This document shows, in pieces, positions 1-9,986 of a DNA stretch of 64,000 nt. The notes beneath the pieces are model-generated. The model worked only from the letters and a program-made list of their open reading frames with translations. It searched no databases and was not told where the DNA came from. The position numbers and the translations under genes are program-made. The DNA is from an uncultured Actinomycetota bacterium (GTDB lineage Bacteria > Actinomycetota > Humimicrobiia > Humimicrobiales > Humimicrobiaceae), in the NCBI GenBank assembly GCA_964601205.1, contig CAZRML010000020.1, positions 68,683 to 132,682 of the forward strand, in the 5' to 3' direction. Positions within the stretch are counted from its first letter, which is position 1; each line of letters opens with the position of its first letter.

Positions 1-114
1 ATGAATTTGATTCTGACCTCAATGTCGCCGGACATTATTACTATGGTGACCCGGAAGGGGCAGAAAAGAAAATTAAAAGTGTCGCAGGAGAGCTGGATTG
101 ACTGCGCAGGATGA
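1..114 (+). CDS. 3' end of an upstream CDS cut by the window edge (frame +1, stop TGA 112-114); product unknown
   Basis: Frame is open from nt 1 to 111. Absent from the ORF track because it is <60 aa. No family recognised. Confidence 0.2.
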   Translation: MNLILTSMSPDIITMVTRKGQKRKLKVSQESWIDCAG

Positions 115-415
115 GAAAGTTGTAGATAGATATTGTTATTTCCGGACTGGCAGATAGCACATACCTTTTATAAATCATTCTCTTGTTGATTATCAAAGAG
201 TGATAATAAGTAAACGCGGGAAAAGATTAAAAATAAAAAAAGGAGTATTAAATCTTACCTTAAAACTATGGATTATAAAAAAGATTCAAATTATAATTGG
301 ATGAGTATTTAAAAGGCGCAGAGTCATCTTTTTTAAATATTAGAGCCATTATTTAGTTATTAACATGAAATTTTTTTTAAATGTTTTTTATTGGTCTAAA
401 AAAGGAGTAAAAATA

Positions 416-2158
416 ATGAAAGGAAGAACAGTAAACGCGGGTATTTTAAACGTCAGAAAAAAAGGAAGCGGCGTTTTTAGAGAAGGAATTCACATGCTGC
501 CGGGAGTATCCCTTATGATGGCCTCAGGGGTTATTAAATCCTTAAAAGATTTAAACAGGCCCTTTGTGACCATAGTAAACTCTTACACCAATCAGATTCC
601 CGGCCATGCTCATCTTGATAGGCTTGGGGCTATTTTAAAGGAGGAGTTAGAAAAAAAGGGCGTGAATGTATGGTATGCAAATATCGGCGGAGCAGTCGGA
701 GATGGAATAGCTATGGGGCATTTTGGAATGAAATATTCTCTGCCCTCAAGGGAGTTGATTGCCGACCAGATAGAAACTATTATTGGTGCCCATCCGCCGG
801 ATGCCTGGATCGGACTGGGCAACTGTGACAAGATTGTTCCTGCCATGTACAATGCTATGGTGAGGATTAACATACCCTCACTGTATGTTAGCGGCGGCCC
901 GATGTTAAGTGGAATGGGCAATACAGACTTAATTTCAGTTTCCGAAGCTGTCGGACGTTGCAGCAGTGGAAAAATGAAAAAAAGAGAACTGGAAGAGCTG
1001 GCCGAGGCTGCATGTCCAGGTTACGGGAGCTGTGCAGGTATGTTTACTGCAAATTCAATGAATTCCCTGGGAGAGGTGCTGGGGTTCGCCTTACCGGGAA
1101 ATGGTACGATACCCGCTACCGAAAGAGTAAAGGGAGAAAAGAGGCAGTTTCAATTGAATCCTGAAAGGATAAAACTGGTCAGGGAAGCGGCAAAAAAACT
1201 TATCTTTCTTATGGAAAACAAAATCAGGCCTCTGGATATTTTAAATAAGAAATCTATTGATAATGCCTTTATTTTAGACATGGCCATGGGAGGTTCGACA
1301 AATACGGTCCTGCATCTTCTGGCTCTGGCACATGAAGCAGGCATAGAATATGACCTGGGTTATCTTAACAAGCTGTCAAAAACGACTGCTAACGTGGTCA
1401 GAGTTTCACCCTCCAGGCCGGAGATTCACATGGAAGATATTAACAGAGTGGGGGGCGTGGGCGCTATTTTAAGAGCCGTTTATGAAAGCGGAAGCTCCAG
1501 GCTTGACCTTGAGGCTAAAACTGTTTATGGAAAGTTAGGGGATTATGTATTGAAATCCCCGGGACCCGATGGAGAAGTAATCCGTCCTCAGGATAATGCT
1601 TTTTCTCCAGAAGGAGGGCTGTCGGTTCTTTTTGGGAACATAGCAAAAAATGGCTCTGTTTTAAAGACAAGCGGGGTAGACAAAGATATGCTCTGCTTTG
1701 AGGGGAAAGCTCTGGTTTATAACTCTCAGGAGGAAGCTTTAGAAGCTATCTTAAAAAATAAGGTTAAAGACGGCGATGTAGTGGTTATACGTTACGAGGG
1801 GCCTAAAGGAGGTCCGGGGATGCAGGAAATGCTTGCGCCTACTGCAGCAATAAGAGGAGCAGATATAAAAGCAGCTTTAATTACCGATGGGCGTTTTTCA
1901 GGGGGTACGAGGGGTCTCTGTATCGGCCACATATCCCCGGAGGCAGCCAGCGGTGGTGAAATAGGGCTGGTTGAGAATGGTGATATAATTGAAATAGACG
2001 TCAATAATCATAAAATAAATGTTAAACTTTCAGAAAAAGAATTAATGAAAAGAAAAAAGAAGCTTGCTCCCTTTAAATCAAAAGTTACAGGAGGGTGGCT
2101 GGCAAGATATTCAAAATTTGTAGAGAGCGCTGATAAAGGAGCTATTATGTCCCTTTGA
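416..2158 (+). CDS. ilvD: IlvD/EDD-family dehydratase, most likely dihydroxy-acid dehydratase
   Basis: ORF 365-2158. Motifs NSYTNQIPGHAHL and CPGYGSCAGMFTANSMN match the ILVD/EDD 4Fe-4S cluster cysteines. AAAGGAG RBS precedes ATG 416. Confidence 0.8.
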   Translation: MKGRTVNAGILNVRKKGSGVFREGIHMLPGVSLMMASGVIKSLKDLNRPFVTIVNSYTNQIPGHAHLDRLGAILKEELEKKGVNVWYANIGGAVGDGIAMGHFGMKYSLPSRELIADQIETIIGAHPPDAWIGLGNCDKIVPAMYNAMVRINIPSLYVSGGPMLSGMGNTDLISVSEAVGRCSSGKMKKRELEELAEAACPGYGSCAGMFTANSMNSLGEVLGFALPGNGTIPATERVKGEKRQFQLNPERIKLVREAAKKLIFLMENKIRPLDILNKKSIDNAFILDMAMGGSTNTVLHLLALAHEAGIEYDLGYLNKLSKTTANVVRVSPSRPEIHMEDINRVGGVGAILRAVYESGSSRLDLEAKTVYGKLGDYVLKSPGPDGEVIRPQDNAFSPEGGLSVLFGNIAKNGSVLKTSGVDKDMLCFEGKALVYNSQEEALEAILKNKVKDGDVVVIRYEGPKGGPGMQEMLAPTAAIRGADIKAALITDGRFSGGTRGLCIGHISPEAASGGEIGLVENGDIIEIDVNNHKINVKLSEKELMKRKKKLAPFKSKVTGGWLARYSKFVESADKGAIMSL

Positions 2159-2186
2159 GAACGAAAAGTAAGTTTTAAAGGAGGAT

Positions 2187-2450
2187 TTGATGATTAAGGT
2201 TGAAAAAGAAAATGAGGGGAGATTCCTGGTAACAGTAGAAGAGGAAAGCAGCAGCTCAGAGCATGCAGTTAATCTTGATAATGATTATTACCGGAAATTA
2301 ACCGGTGGAAAAATAACTGCTGAAGAACTTATAAAAAAATCTTTTGAGTTCCTTCTTGAGAGGGAGTCCAAGGAATCCATACTTTCGGAGTTTAATTTAA
2401 GCATAATTAAAAATTACTTTCCGGAATATGAAAGAAAAATAAAAGTATAA
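2187..2450 (+). CDS. small acidic hypothetical protein (87 aa)
   Basis: ORF preceded by AAAGGAGG RBS. No recognisable family. Confidence 0.45.
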   Translation: MMIKVEKENEGRFLVTVEEESSSSEHAVNLDNDYYRKLTGGKITAEELIKKSFEFLLERESKESILSEFNLSIIKNYFPEYERKIKV

Positions 2451-2503
2451 AAAAGAAGCACTGCCGGGATTTATTCCGGTGCTTATACAGGGAGGAGAAA
2501 TAA

Positions 2504-3178
2504 GTGCCTGCTATTAAAGAGAATGTCAGGGAAATCCTTAAGGAGTTGCCGGATGGAGTTCAATTGGTCACTGCGGCAAAAGGGAGGAATCCGGAGGAGA
2601 TTCTGGAGGCAATTGATGCTGGTGTAAAGATTATCGGGGAAAATTATATTAAAGAAGCAAAAAAAGCCTATGATGCGATAGGGAGAAAAGCTAAATGGCA
2701 TTTTATCGGTATTCCCCAGATTGAGAAACATGACCTTTTAAGGAGGAAGAATCTTCAAATATTTGACATGATCGAAACTATTGATTGTGTGGAGATTGCA
2801 GAAGAGGTCAATATAAAATGTGCCGGATTAAATAAAATAATGCCAGTTTTAATTGAAGTAAATAGCGGCACAGAGCCCCAGAAATTCGGAGTTTTACCGG
2901 AAGACGCCGTAAGCTTAATAAAAGAAATTTCGTCCCTTTCCAGCATCAGGGTAATGGGGCTAATGACAATGGGGCCACGCTTCGGGAATCCGGAAGACTC
3001 CAGGCCATATTTTGTAAAAACCAGAGAACTCTTTGACCGGATTAAAAAAATGAACTTACCCGGTGTAGAAATGAAATACCTGTCTATGGGAATGACCAAT
3101 TCTTATAGAGTTGCCCTTGAGGAAGGAGCAAATATAGTAAGAGTGGGAACCAAAATATTCGGAGAAAGAAAATATTAA
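2504..3178 (+). CDS. yggS: YggS-family pyridoxal-phosphate homeostasis protein
   Basis: GTG start with GGGAGGAG RBS. Motifs IGENYIKEAKKAY, WHFIGIPQ and SMGMTNSY...VRVGT.IFG.R match the YggS/PROSC fold. Confidence 0.8.
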   Translation: MPAIKENVREILKELPDGVQLVTAAKGRNPEEILEAIDAGVKIIGENYIKEAKKAYDAIGRKAKWHFIGIPQIEKHDLLRRKNLQIFDMIETIDCVEIAEEVNIKCAGLNKIMPVLIEVNSGTEPQKFGVLPEDAVSLIKEISSLSSIRVMGLMTMGPRFGNPEDSRPYFVKTRELFDRIKKMNLPGVEMKYLSMGMTNSYRVALEEGANIVRVGTKIFGERKY

Positions 3179-3303
3179 AAGTAAATTTAAAAGAAATTTA
3201 AACTTTATGCTTGAATTTAGATATTTAATGTTATTATTAAAATTGGACAGTGTTTTCGCAGGCTGAATTATTAAGTAATTATAAATGATATGAAAGAGTA
3301 AAT

Positions 3304-4107
3304 TTGGATAACAGAGCAATAGGAGTATTTGATTCCGGAGTTGGCGGTCTTACTGTGTTAAGGGAAATAATAAAAACTGCTCCCGGCGAGGATACAATTT
3401 ATTTTGGTGATACCGAAAGAGTTCCCTACGGACCTCGTAACTTAAATGAAGTTAAAAGATTTGTTTTTAAAATAACCGGGTTTCTTTACAATAAAAATGT
3501 CAAGCTAATTGTAATTGCCTGCAACACTTCTACAGCGGCGGCTCTAAAGGATTTGAAAAAACATTATAGCATACCAATAATAGGAGTAATAGAGCCGGGA
3601 GCGAGGACTGCTGTCTGTAACACTAAAAATAAAAGGGTCGGCGTTATTGCCACAGAAGGCACCGTTAAGAGCAATGAATATCGGAAAGAGATTTCAAAAC
3701 TTGACGGGGATATAAAAACATTCTCGGTTCCTGCGCCTTTACTGGTTGATTTTATAGAAAATGGAGTTCTTGAAGGAGAAAATCTTGACCGGGCTATCAG
3801 TAATTACCTTAAGCCTTTGCTCGACGAGGGGATTGATGTACTGATACTGGGCTGTACCCACTTCCCGTTGATAGAAAATAGTATTATATCCCACAGCGGT
3901 GATGGAATTAAGGTGATAAGCTCGGCAGTTGAGACCGCAGGGGATGTGGCGAAAGTGCTTGCGGAAAAGGGTTTAGCTGCGGATTCCAATAGAAAGCCGG
4001 AAAGGATTTTCTATGAAACTGGCGTGACCAGTAAATTTTTTGAGGTAGGGAAAATGTTTCTTGGAGAAGAGATAAGGGAAGTAACAAGGATAAAACTTGA
4101 TATGTAA
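3304..4107 (+). CDS. murI: glutamate racemase
   Basis: Motifs GVFDSGVGGLTVL, IACNTSTAAAL and LGCTHFPL. TTG start. Confidence 0.85.
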   Translation: MDNRAIGVFDSGVGGLTVLREIIKTAPGEDTIYFGDTERVPYGPRNLNEVKRFVFKITGFLYNKNVKLIVIACNTSTAAALKDLKKHYSIPIIGVIEPGARTAVCNTKNKRVGVIATEGTVKSNEYRKEISKLDGDIKTFSVPAPLLVDFIENGVLEGENLDRAISNYLKPLLDEGIDVLILGCTHFPLIENSIISHSGDGIKVISSAVETAGDVAKVLAEKGLAADSNRKPERIFYETGVTSKFFEVGKMFLGEEIREVTRIKLDM

Positions 4108-4153
4108 ATAAAAAAAGTATCAGCATCATGCTAATAAGGAAGGTTTGCTTGCG

Positions 4154-4882
4154 ATGGTTAAAAGAATAGACAACAGGGATAAAGACCAGTTGAGGGAGAT
4201 AAAAATAACCCGTAATTATATCTCTAATGCCGATGGTTCGGTATTTATCGAAATGGGAAAGACAAGAATTATCTGTACCGCTATTGTTGAAGATAAAGTC
4301 CCCAAATTTTTATCGGGAAAAAGCTCGGGCTGGATTACCGCTGAGTACGATATGATACCGGGCTCTGCTCCTCAGAGGATAGTAAGGGCTCAGACCATGG
4401 GAAGAATTAATGGCAGGACACATGAAATTCAGAGATTGATTGGAAGGTCCCTCAGAGCGGTAGTGGATTTAAATAAAATTGGTGAAAGAACTATATGGAT
4501 AGATTGTGATGTAATTGAGGCTGACGGAGGGACCAGGACTGCTTCAATAACCGGTAGTTTTATTGCCTTATTTGATTGTATGCGTTCAATGATTGATAAG
4601 AAAGTTATTGATTCAATGCCCATAGAAAGCTTCCTGGCTGCGATAAGTGTGGGTATTGTGGATAATGATATACTGGTTGATTTATGTTTTGAAGAAGATT
4701 CAAGGGCGCAGGTGGACATGAATGTGGTTATGAGCTCAAAGGGTGAATTAATAGAAGTACAGTCAACTGCTGAAGGTGCTCCATTTACCAGAGACGATTT
4801 TAACACGATGCTTGATAAGGCAGCAGATGCAATAAGCGAAATCATAGAGGTTCAGAAGAAAATACTGAGTCAGGACCTGTAG
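4154..4882 (+). CDS. rph: ribonuclease PH
   Basis: ORF 4145-4882. N-terminal RNase PH signature REI.ITRNYISNADGSVFIEMGKTRIICTA. ATG 4154 is better spaced from the AGGAAGG RBS than TTG 4145. Confidence 0.85.
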   Translation: MVKRIDNRDKDQLREIKITRNYISNADGSVFIEMGKTRIICTAIVEDKVPKFLSGKSSGWITAEYDMIPGSAPQRIVRAQTMGRINGRTHEIQRLIGRSLRAVVDLNKIGERTIWIDCDVIEADGGTRTASITGSFIALFDCMRSMIDKKVIDSMPIESFLAAISVGIVDNDILVDLCFEEDSRAQVDMNVVMSSKGELIEVQSTAEGAPFTRDDFNTMLDKAADAISEIIEVQKKILSQDL

Positions 4883-4940
4883 GGCTTATAAAGGTATTGT
4901 AATAGTTTCTAATATTTAATTTATTAAAGGTGCGTCTGTT

Positions 4941-5537
4941 TTGGATATAGTTATTGCTTCAAAGAATTCAGGAAAAATAGAAGAAATAAAATCATTTTAT
5001 AGTGATATAAAAAAAGTCAGGTGGCTGACTTTCAGGGATTTTAAAGAATTTCCGGATATTGTAGAGAGCGGAAGTAGTTTTATGGAAAATGCGGAGCTTA
5101 AAGCCAGGGGTATTGCCTCCTGTACCAGTAAAATCACTCTTGCCGATGACTCGGGTCTGGAAGTTGATTTTCTGGGAGGCAGGCCCGGAATAAAATCTTC
5201 AAGATACAGCGGGGAAGATGCTACGGATAAAAAGAACAGGGATAAGCTGCTTGAAGAACTAAGGGACGTAAAGAAAATTTCTGACAGGACTGCAAGGTTT
5301 GTATGCAGCATGTTGCTGTGGGATCCAGAAAAAGGTACTATTTTTAAGACCAGGGGCATGTGTGAAGGGTTTATAGGTTTTGAGGAAAGAGGAGGCGGGG
5401 GATTCGGCTACGATTGCATTTTTATACCATACGGATACAATAAGACGATGGCAGAGTTGAGCCTGGCGGAAAAAAATAAAATCAGCCATAGAGGTAAAGC
5501 CCTTGAGGCTTTGAATGAGTTTATTGTAAATTTTTAG
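4941..5537 (+). CDS. rdgB: non-canonical purine NTP pyrophosphatase (XTP/dITPase, RdgB/Ham1)
   Basis: Motifs IVIASKNSGKIEEI and FIPYGYNKTMAELSLAEKNKISHRGKA. Classic rph-rdgB adjacency. Confidence 0.85.
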   Translation: MDIVIASKNSGKIEEIKSFYSDIKKVRWLTFRDFKEFPDIVESGSSFMENAELKARGIASCTSKITLADDSGLEVDFLGGRPGIKSSRYSGEDATDKKNRDKLLEELRDVKKISDRTARFVCSMLLWDPEKGTIFKTRGMCEGFIGFEERGGGGFGYDCIFIPYGYNKTMAELSLAEKNKISHRGKALEALNEFIVNF

Positions 5538-5581
5538 ATTTATGTTATTATTTTCCGTGCTAAATTGTTGACTTACGTAAC

Positions 5582-5659
5582 CGGGGTGTAGCGCAGTTTG
5601 GTTTAGCGCACCTGCTTTGGGAGCAGGGGGTCGGAGGTTCAAATCCTCTCACCCCGACC
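5582..5659 (+). tRNA. tRNA-Pro (anticodon TGG)
   Basis: Hand-folded cloverleaf: acceptor CGGGGTG/CACCCCG, anticodon stem CCTGC/GCAGG, loop TTTGGGA, T-loop TTCAAAT, CCA encoded. Confidence 0.85.
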
Positions 5660-5665
5660 AGTACG

Positions 5666-5743
5666 GGCGGGAATAGCTCAGTTGGCTAGAGCGTCAGCCT
5701 TCCAAGCTGAAGGTCGCGGGTTCGAGGCCCGTTTCCCGCTCCA
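5666..5743 (+). tRNA. tRNA-Gly-like (UCC-type body) with an apparent 8-nt anticodon loop CTTTCCAA
   Basis: Acceptor GCGGGAA/TTCCCGC with U73 discriminator (Gly identity). Anticodon stem TCAGC/GCTGA encloses 8 nt instead of 7. T-loop TTCGAGG, CCA encoded. Confidence 0.7.
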
Positions 5744-5895
5744 TTTTATAATATATGCTGTGTTTTAAATTAATAGCTGCTATTGACTTATGGGGTTATA
5801 TTAACTAAAGTATTACTCTGTTTTTTAGTTTATATGAGTAAGTACCGGCATTTTTAATAAAAATTATTAATTTGTTATAATATTTATGCAGTTCT

Positions 5896-5972
<77 letters not shown>

Positions 5973-6076
5973 GAAATAAAGGCAACCGGTAAAGGCAATG
6001 AATGACGGAGAGAGCCGATGTGCCTTATTATGTAACATAAGTTTGATATTGTTGTATAATCTGGTTGAAATTATAT

Positions 6077-6153
6077 GGTGAGAATAGCTCAGCTGGCAGA
6101 GCACAGGATTGTGGATCCTGGGGTCGCGGGTTCGATCCCCGTTTCTCACCCCA
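6077..6153 (+). tRNA. tRNA-His (anticodon GTG)
   Basis: Extra G-1 paired with C73. Anticodon stem CAGGA/TCCTG, loop TTGTGGA, CCA encoded. Confidence 0.9.
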
Positions 6154-6165
6154 TATTTAAACCCT

Positions 6166-6242
6166 GCGCCTGTAGCTCAGCTGGATAGAGCGTCGGACTT
6201 CGAATCCGTGCGTCGGGGGTTCGAATCCCTCCAGGCGCGCCA
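6166..6242 (+). tRNA. tRNA-Arg (anticodon TCG)
   Basis: Acceptor GCGCCTG/CAGGCGC, loop CTTCGAA, T-loop TTCGAAT, CCA encoded. One U-U mismatch at 27-43. Confidence 0.75.
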
Positions 6243-6295
6243 GGTAAAGTTACTTTAGTTTGTGTGGATGTATTTTTGCAAAGGTTGATATAAGT

Positions 6296-6371
6296 GGGCC
6301 GTTAGCTCAGCTGGTAGAGCACCTGACTCTTAATCAGGGTGTCACAGGTTCGATCCCTGTACGGCTCACCA
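6296..6371 (+). tRNA. tRNA-Lys (anticodon CTT)
   Basis: Anticodon stem CCTGA/TCAGG, loop CTCTTAA, T-loop TTCGATC, CCA encoded. Confidence 0.85.
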
Positions 6372-6376
6372 ATTTT

Positions 6377-6463
6377 GCGAGAGTGGCGGAATTGGCAGAC
6401 GCGCTAGACTTAGGATCTAGTGGGGTAACACCTGTAGGGGTTCAAGTCCCCTCTCTCGCACCA
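6377..6463 (+). tRNA. tRNA-Leu (anticodon TAG), class II with long variable arm
   Basis: Anticodon stem CTAGA/TCTAG, loop CTTAGGA, 14-nt variable arm, T-loop TTCAAGT, CCA encoded. Confidence 0.85.
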
Positions 6464-6574
6464 GATTATTTTTTTATGTATCCCTACAGGTTTGTATTTT
6501 ATTTATTTTCTATTATAATATGTGTCTTAATGCGCAACAGGAAAATCTACTAAAGTTTTAGGAGGGAGTTTTTT

Positions 6575-7993
6575 TTGAGTTATAAAATAAAAAGCAAGAA
6601 AAAAGTTGATTTAAACAGGATTAAATTAGATATAGAGATATCAAATAGTTATTTAAAAAAACATATTGGAAAAGCATATAAAAATGTGTCCGAAAAGGCA
6701 AATATCCCCGGTTTTAGAAAAGGAAAGATACCCTATCAGGTGATAGATGCAAATTTTGGCAGACAATATGTGCTAAATGAGGCAGCCAGTCTTTCTATCT
6801 CCGAATTATATCCGGATATAATTACTGAATCCAATTTAAACCCACTGGATTATCCAAAGATAAGAATCACCCGGCTTGAGGAAAATTTGCCTCTGGAGTT
6901 TGAAGTGGAGCTTGAGCTGGAACCCGAGATAGAAGAACTTCCCGCATACAGGGGGATAAAAGTTACCGGCTATTCAACCGAAGTGTCCGATGAGGATGTG
7001 GAACGGCAGATAGATAATATAAGGAGTAATTATGCCTCACTGGAACCGGTTAAAGAAGGTAAGCCGGTGGGAAAAGGAGATTATGTCACCATAGATTTCA
7101 GCGGAACAATCGAGGGTAAAGAATTTGAAGGCGGAAACGCCGAAGATTACCTTATAGAAGTGGGTTCAAATACTTTATTTGCAGACTTTGAAAATGCACT
7201 TGTTGGAATGAAAAAGGGTGAGAGTAAGAAGGTAACTCTTACATTATCTGAAGATATAAAGAATAGAGAGCTTGTGGGGAAGAAAGCAGATTTTAATATT
7301 TCCCTAAAAGAGATAAAGAGGAAAGTATTGCCCGAGCTGAATGAGGATTTTCTAAAAGAACTTGGAGATTACAGCGGAGCAGATGATTTTAAAGGCAAGC
7401 TGAGGGGAAGATTAATTGAACAGAAGAAAAGTTTTAGGAAAGAAAGAATAATAGGAGAAGTCCTGAAATATTTAACAGAAAATATAAAAACAAAAATTCC
7501 TGATAAAATGGTTTCGAGAAGAGAAAAACAGATTAGTGATGAAATTGATGAAAAATTAAAAGAGCAGAATATGACCAGAGAGGCTTATCTTAAAGCGGCT
7601 AATATTACGGAAGATAAGCTAAAAGAGGAAATAAAACAGAGGGCACTTCTGGAGATAAAAGAATATTTAATCTTTAAAGCACTGGAAAAGGCAGAAAAGA
7701 AGAATATAGAGCCAACCGAAGATGAGATAAATAAAGAGCAAGATAACATAATAAAAAGTTATAATAAAAAAGAGGATATTGATAAGATAAAAGAATTTCT
7801 GGAAAGTGATGAGGGAAAAGATACTCTTATAAGAACTTTAAGACGAAGAAAGATAATAGATTTGCTTGTAAACAATGCCCGGGTAGTAGAAAATGAAAGT
7901 GCAAAAGATAAAAGAAAAATATGGACACCTGATAAAAATAAAAAACAGGATAAGGAGAAAGATGAGAAAATCTGGACTCCGGATTCAAAATAA
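6575..7993 (+). CDS. tig: trigger factor (ribosome-associated PPIase chaperone) with a Lys/Asp-rich C-terminal tail
   Basis: N-terminal ribosome-binding signature NIPGFRKGKIPYQVID plus a central FKBP-type domain. tig-clpP-clpX order. GGAGGGAG RBS with TTG start. Confidence 0.85.
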   Translation: MSYKIKSKKKVDLNRIKLDIEISNSYLKKHIGKAYKNVSEKANIPGFRKGKIPYQVIDANFGRQYVLNEAASLSISELYPDIITESNLNPLDYPKIRITRLEENLPLEFEVELELEPEIEELPAYRGIKVTGYSTEVSDEDVERQIDNIRSNYASLEPVKEGKPVGKGDYVTIDFSGTIEGKEFEGGNAEDYLIEVGSNTLFADFENALVGMKKGESKKVTLTLSEDIKNRELVGKKADFNISLKEIKRKVLPELNEDFLKELGDYSGADDFKGKLRGRLIEQKKSFRKERIIGEVLKYLTENIKTKIPDKMVSRREKQISDEIDEKLKEQNMTREAYLKAANITEDKLKEEIKQRALLEIKEYLIFKALEKAEKKNIEPTEDEINKEQDNIIKSYNKKEDIDKIKEFLESDEGKDTLIRTLRRRKIIDLLVNNARVVENESAKDKRKIWTPDKNKKQDKEKDEKIWTPDSK

Positions 7994-8005
7994 ACTAAAA
8001 GTGAG

Positions 8006-8605
8006 ATGATTAACATGTATAATGAATATTTAGTCCCAATGGTAATAGAGCAGACCAGCAGAGGTGAGCGTTCCTTTGATATTTATTCCCGGCTGCTCAA
8101 AGAGAGGATAATTTTTCTGGGTGTTGCCATTGATGATAATATTGCCAATCTGGTTATGGCCCAGATGCTCCATCTGGAAGCGGAAGACCCGGAAAAGGAT
8201 ATCCAGCTTTATATAAATAGCCCGGGCGGAGTGGTAACTTCCGCTCTTGCTGTGTATGATACAATGCAGTTTATAAAATCTCCGGTATCAACAATTTGTA
8301 TCGGACAGGCCGCGAGTGCGGCAGCTGTTTTGCTTCTTGCAGGAAAGAAGGGTAAGAGATTCTCGCTTCCCAACTCAAGGGTTATGCTTCACCAGCCGTC
8401 AGGAGGGGTTTCGGGGACCACAATTGATGTTGAAATTCACGCCAAAGAAATGGTAAGAATACGTTCTCTTTTAAATGAAATAATTGCAAAACACACCGGC
8501 CAGGATGTAAAGAGAGTGGAAAAAGACACTGAAAGGGATTTTATACTGGATTCAGAAGAAGCTAAGAAATATGGAATAATAGATGAGGTTATTTACAAAA
8601 AATAA
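8006..8605 (+). CDS. clpP: ATP-dependent Clp protease proteolytic subunit
   Basis: Motifs [19 protein letters not shown] and [11 protein letters not shown] (catalytic Ser), plus HQP. Start could equally be ATG 8015. Confidence 0.9.
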   Translation: MINMYNEYLVPMVIEQTSRGERSFDIYSRLLKERIIFLGVAIDDNIANLVMAQMLHLEAEDPEKDIQLYINSPGGVVTSALAVYDTMQFIKSPVSTICIGQAASAAAVLLLAGKKGKRFSLPNSRVMLHQPSGGVSGTTIDVEIHAKEMVRIRSLLNEIIAKHTGQDVKRVEKDTERDFILDSEEAKKYGIIDEVIYKK

Positions 8606-8693
8606 TAATTTTTTAGCGATTTTTTAGATTGTGGATAATAATATATTAAAGCAAATTAATTTTAAAATAAGATAAAAATATTTTTAATAAGGA

Positions 8694-9986
8694 GTGTGCA
8701 TAAATTTGTCATCGGAAAATAACAAGAAAGGTGATTTTTTGAAATGCTCTTTTTGTGGTAAAACGCAAAGTCAGGTAAAAAAATTAATTGCCGGTCCGGG
8801 AGTTTATATCTGTAATGAATGCGTGGACCTGTGCAATGAGATCATTGAAGAGGAATTAAAAGAGCAGAAGCAGATTGATTTTAAAAATCTTCCCAGACCG
8901 GGTGAAATTTATTCAATTTTAAATGATTATGTTGTCGGACAGGAAAGAGCGAAAAAGGTTCTGTCTGTGGCGGTGTATAACCATTACAAGAGGGTTAGAT
9001 ATGAGGATAAGCTGGATAAGGATGATACAGAGGTCCAGAAGAGCAATATTTTGCTGATAGGGCCTACGGGCTGCGGAAAAACACTTCTTGCCCAGACCCT
9101 GGCAAGAATATTAAATGTTCCGTTTTGCATTGCTGATGCTACATCGCTTACAGAAGCAGGTTATGTTGGAGAAGATGTTGAAAATATATTGCTCCGATTG
9201 ATACAGGCTGCGGATTTTGACATTAAGAGAGCCGAGACAGGTATTATTTATCTGGATGAGATAGATAAAATAAGCCGAAAGTCTGAAAATCCTTCAATTA
9301 CCAGAGACGTATCGGGAGAAGGGGTGCAGCAGGCGCTGCTTAAGATTCTGGAAGGGACCGAAGCCAACGTACCCCCGCAGGGCGGCAGAAAACATCCTCA
9401 CCAGGATTTTATACAGATTAACACCAGCAATATCCTTTTTATCTGTGGCGGTTCATTCAGTGGCCTGGAAAAGATAATTGAAAAAAGAATAAACGAAAGC
9501 AGTGTGGGCTTTATCTCAAAAAAAGTTCCCGGCAGGATGGAAAAGATTGATAAGTTTCTTCCAGGGATAATGCCGGAGGATTTATTAAAGTATGGTTTAA
9601 TTCCGGAACTAATCGGGAGGTTGCCTGTGGTAAGTACCCTGTCCAATCTTACCGAAGAAGACCTGATAAGAATATTAACCGAGCCAAAAAACTCTCTGGT
9701 GAAACAGTATAAAAAAATGTTCAGGATGGATAATGTTGACCTGGAGTTTACCGGAGGTGCTCTGAAGGAAATTTCAACGCTTGCTTCCCGTAGAGGGACA
9801 GGAGCAAGGGGCCTGAGGGCTATAATGGAAGAGATTATGTTAAATGTAATGTTTGAAATACCTGAACGGAGTGATGTTAATAAATGTATAATATCAAGAG
9901 AAGTTGTGAGGGACAAAATTGAGCCCCAGATATTAGGTAGTTCCAACAATAAAGTTTTTTTGAAAGATGAGGAAAAATCAGCGTAA
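8694..9986 (+). CDS. clpX: ATP-dependent Clp protease ATP-binding subunit ClpX
   Basis: N-terminal C4 zinc finger CSFCGK...CNEC. Walker [10 protein letters not shown] likely true start is TTG 8706, 7 nt after AAGGAG. Confidence 0.9.
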   Translation: MCINLSSENNKKGDFLKCSFCGKTQSQVKKLIAGPGVYICNECVDLCNEIIEEELKEQKQIDFKNLPRPGEIYSILNDYVVGQERAKKVLSVAVYNHYKRVRYEDKLDKDDTEVQKSNILLIGPTGCGKTLLAQTLARILNVPFCIADATSLTEAGYVGEDVENILLRLIQAADFDIKRAETGIIYLDEIDKISRKSENPSITRDVSGEGVQQALLKILEGTEANVPPQGGRKHPHQDFIQINTSNILFICGGSFSGLEKIIEKRINESSVGFISKKVPGRMEKIDKFLPGIMPEDLLKYGLIPELIGRLPVVSTLSNLTEEDLIRILTEPKNSLVKQYKKMFRMDNVDLEFTGGALKEISTLASRRGTGARGLRAIMEEIMLNVMFEIPERSDVNKCIISREVVRDKIEPQILGSSNNKVFLKDEEKSA

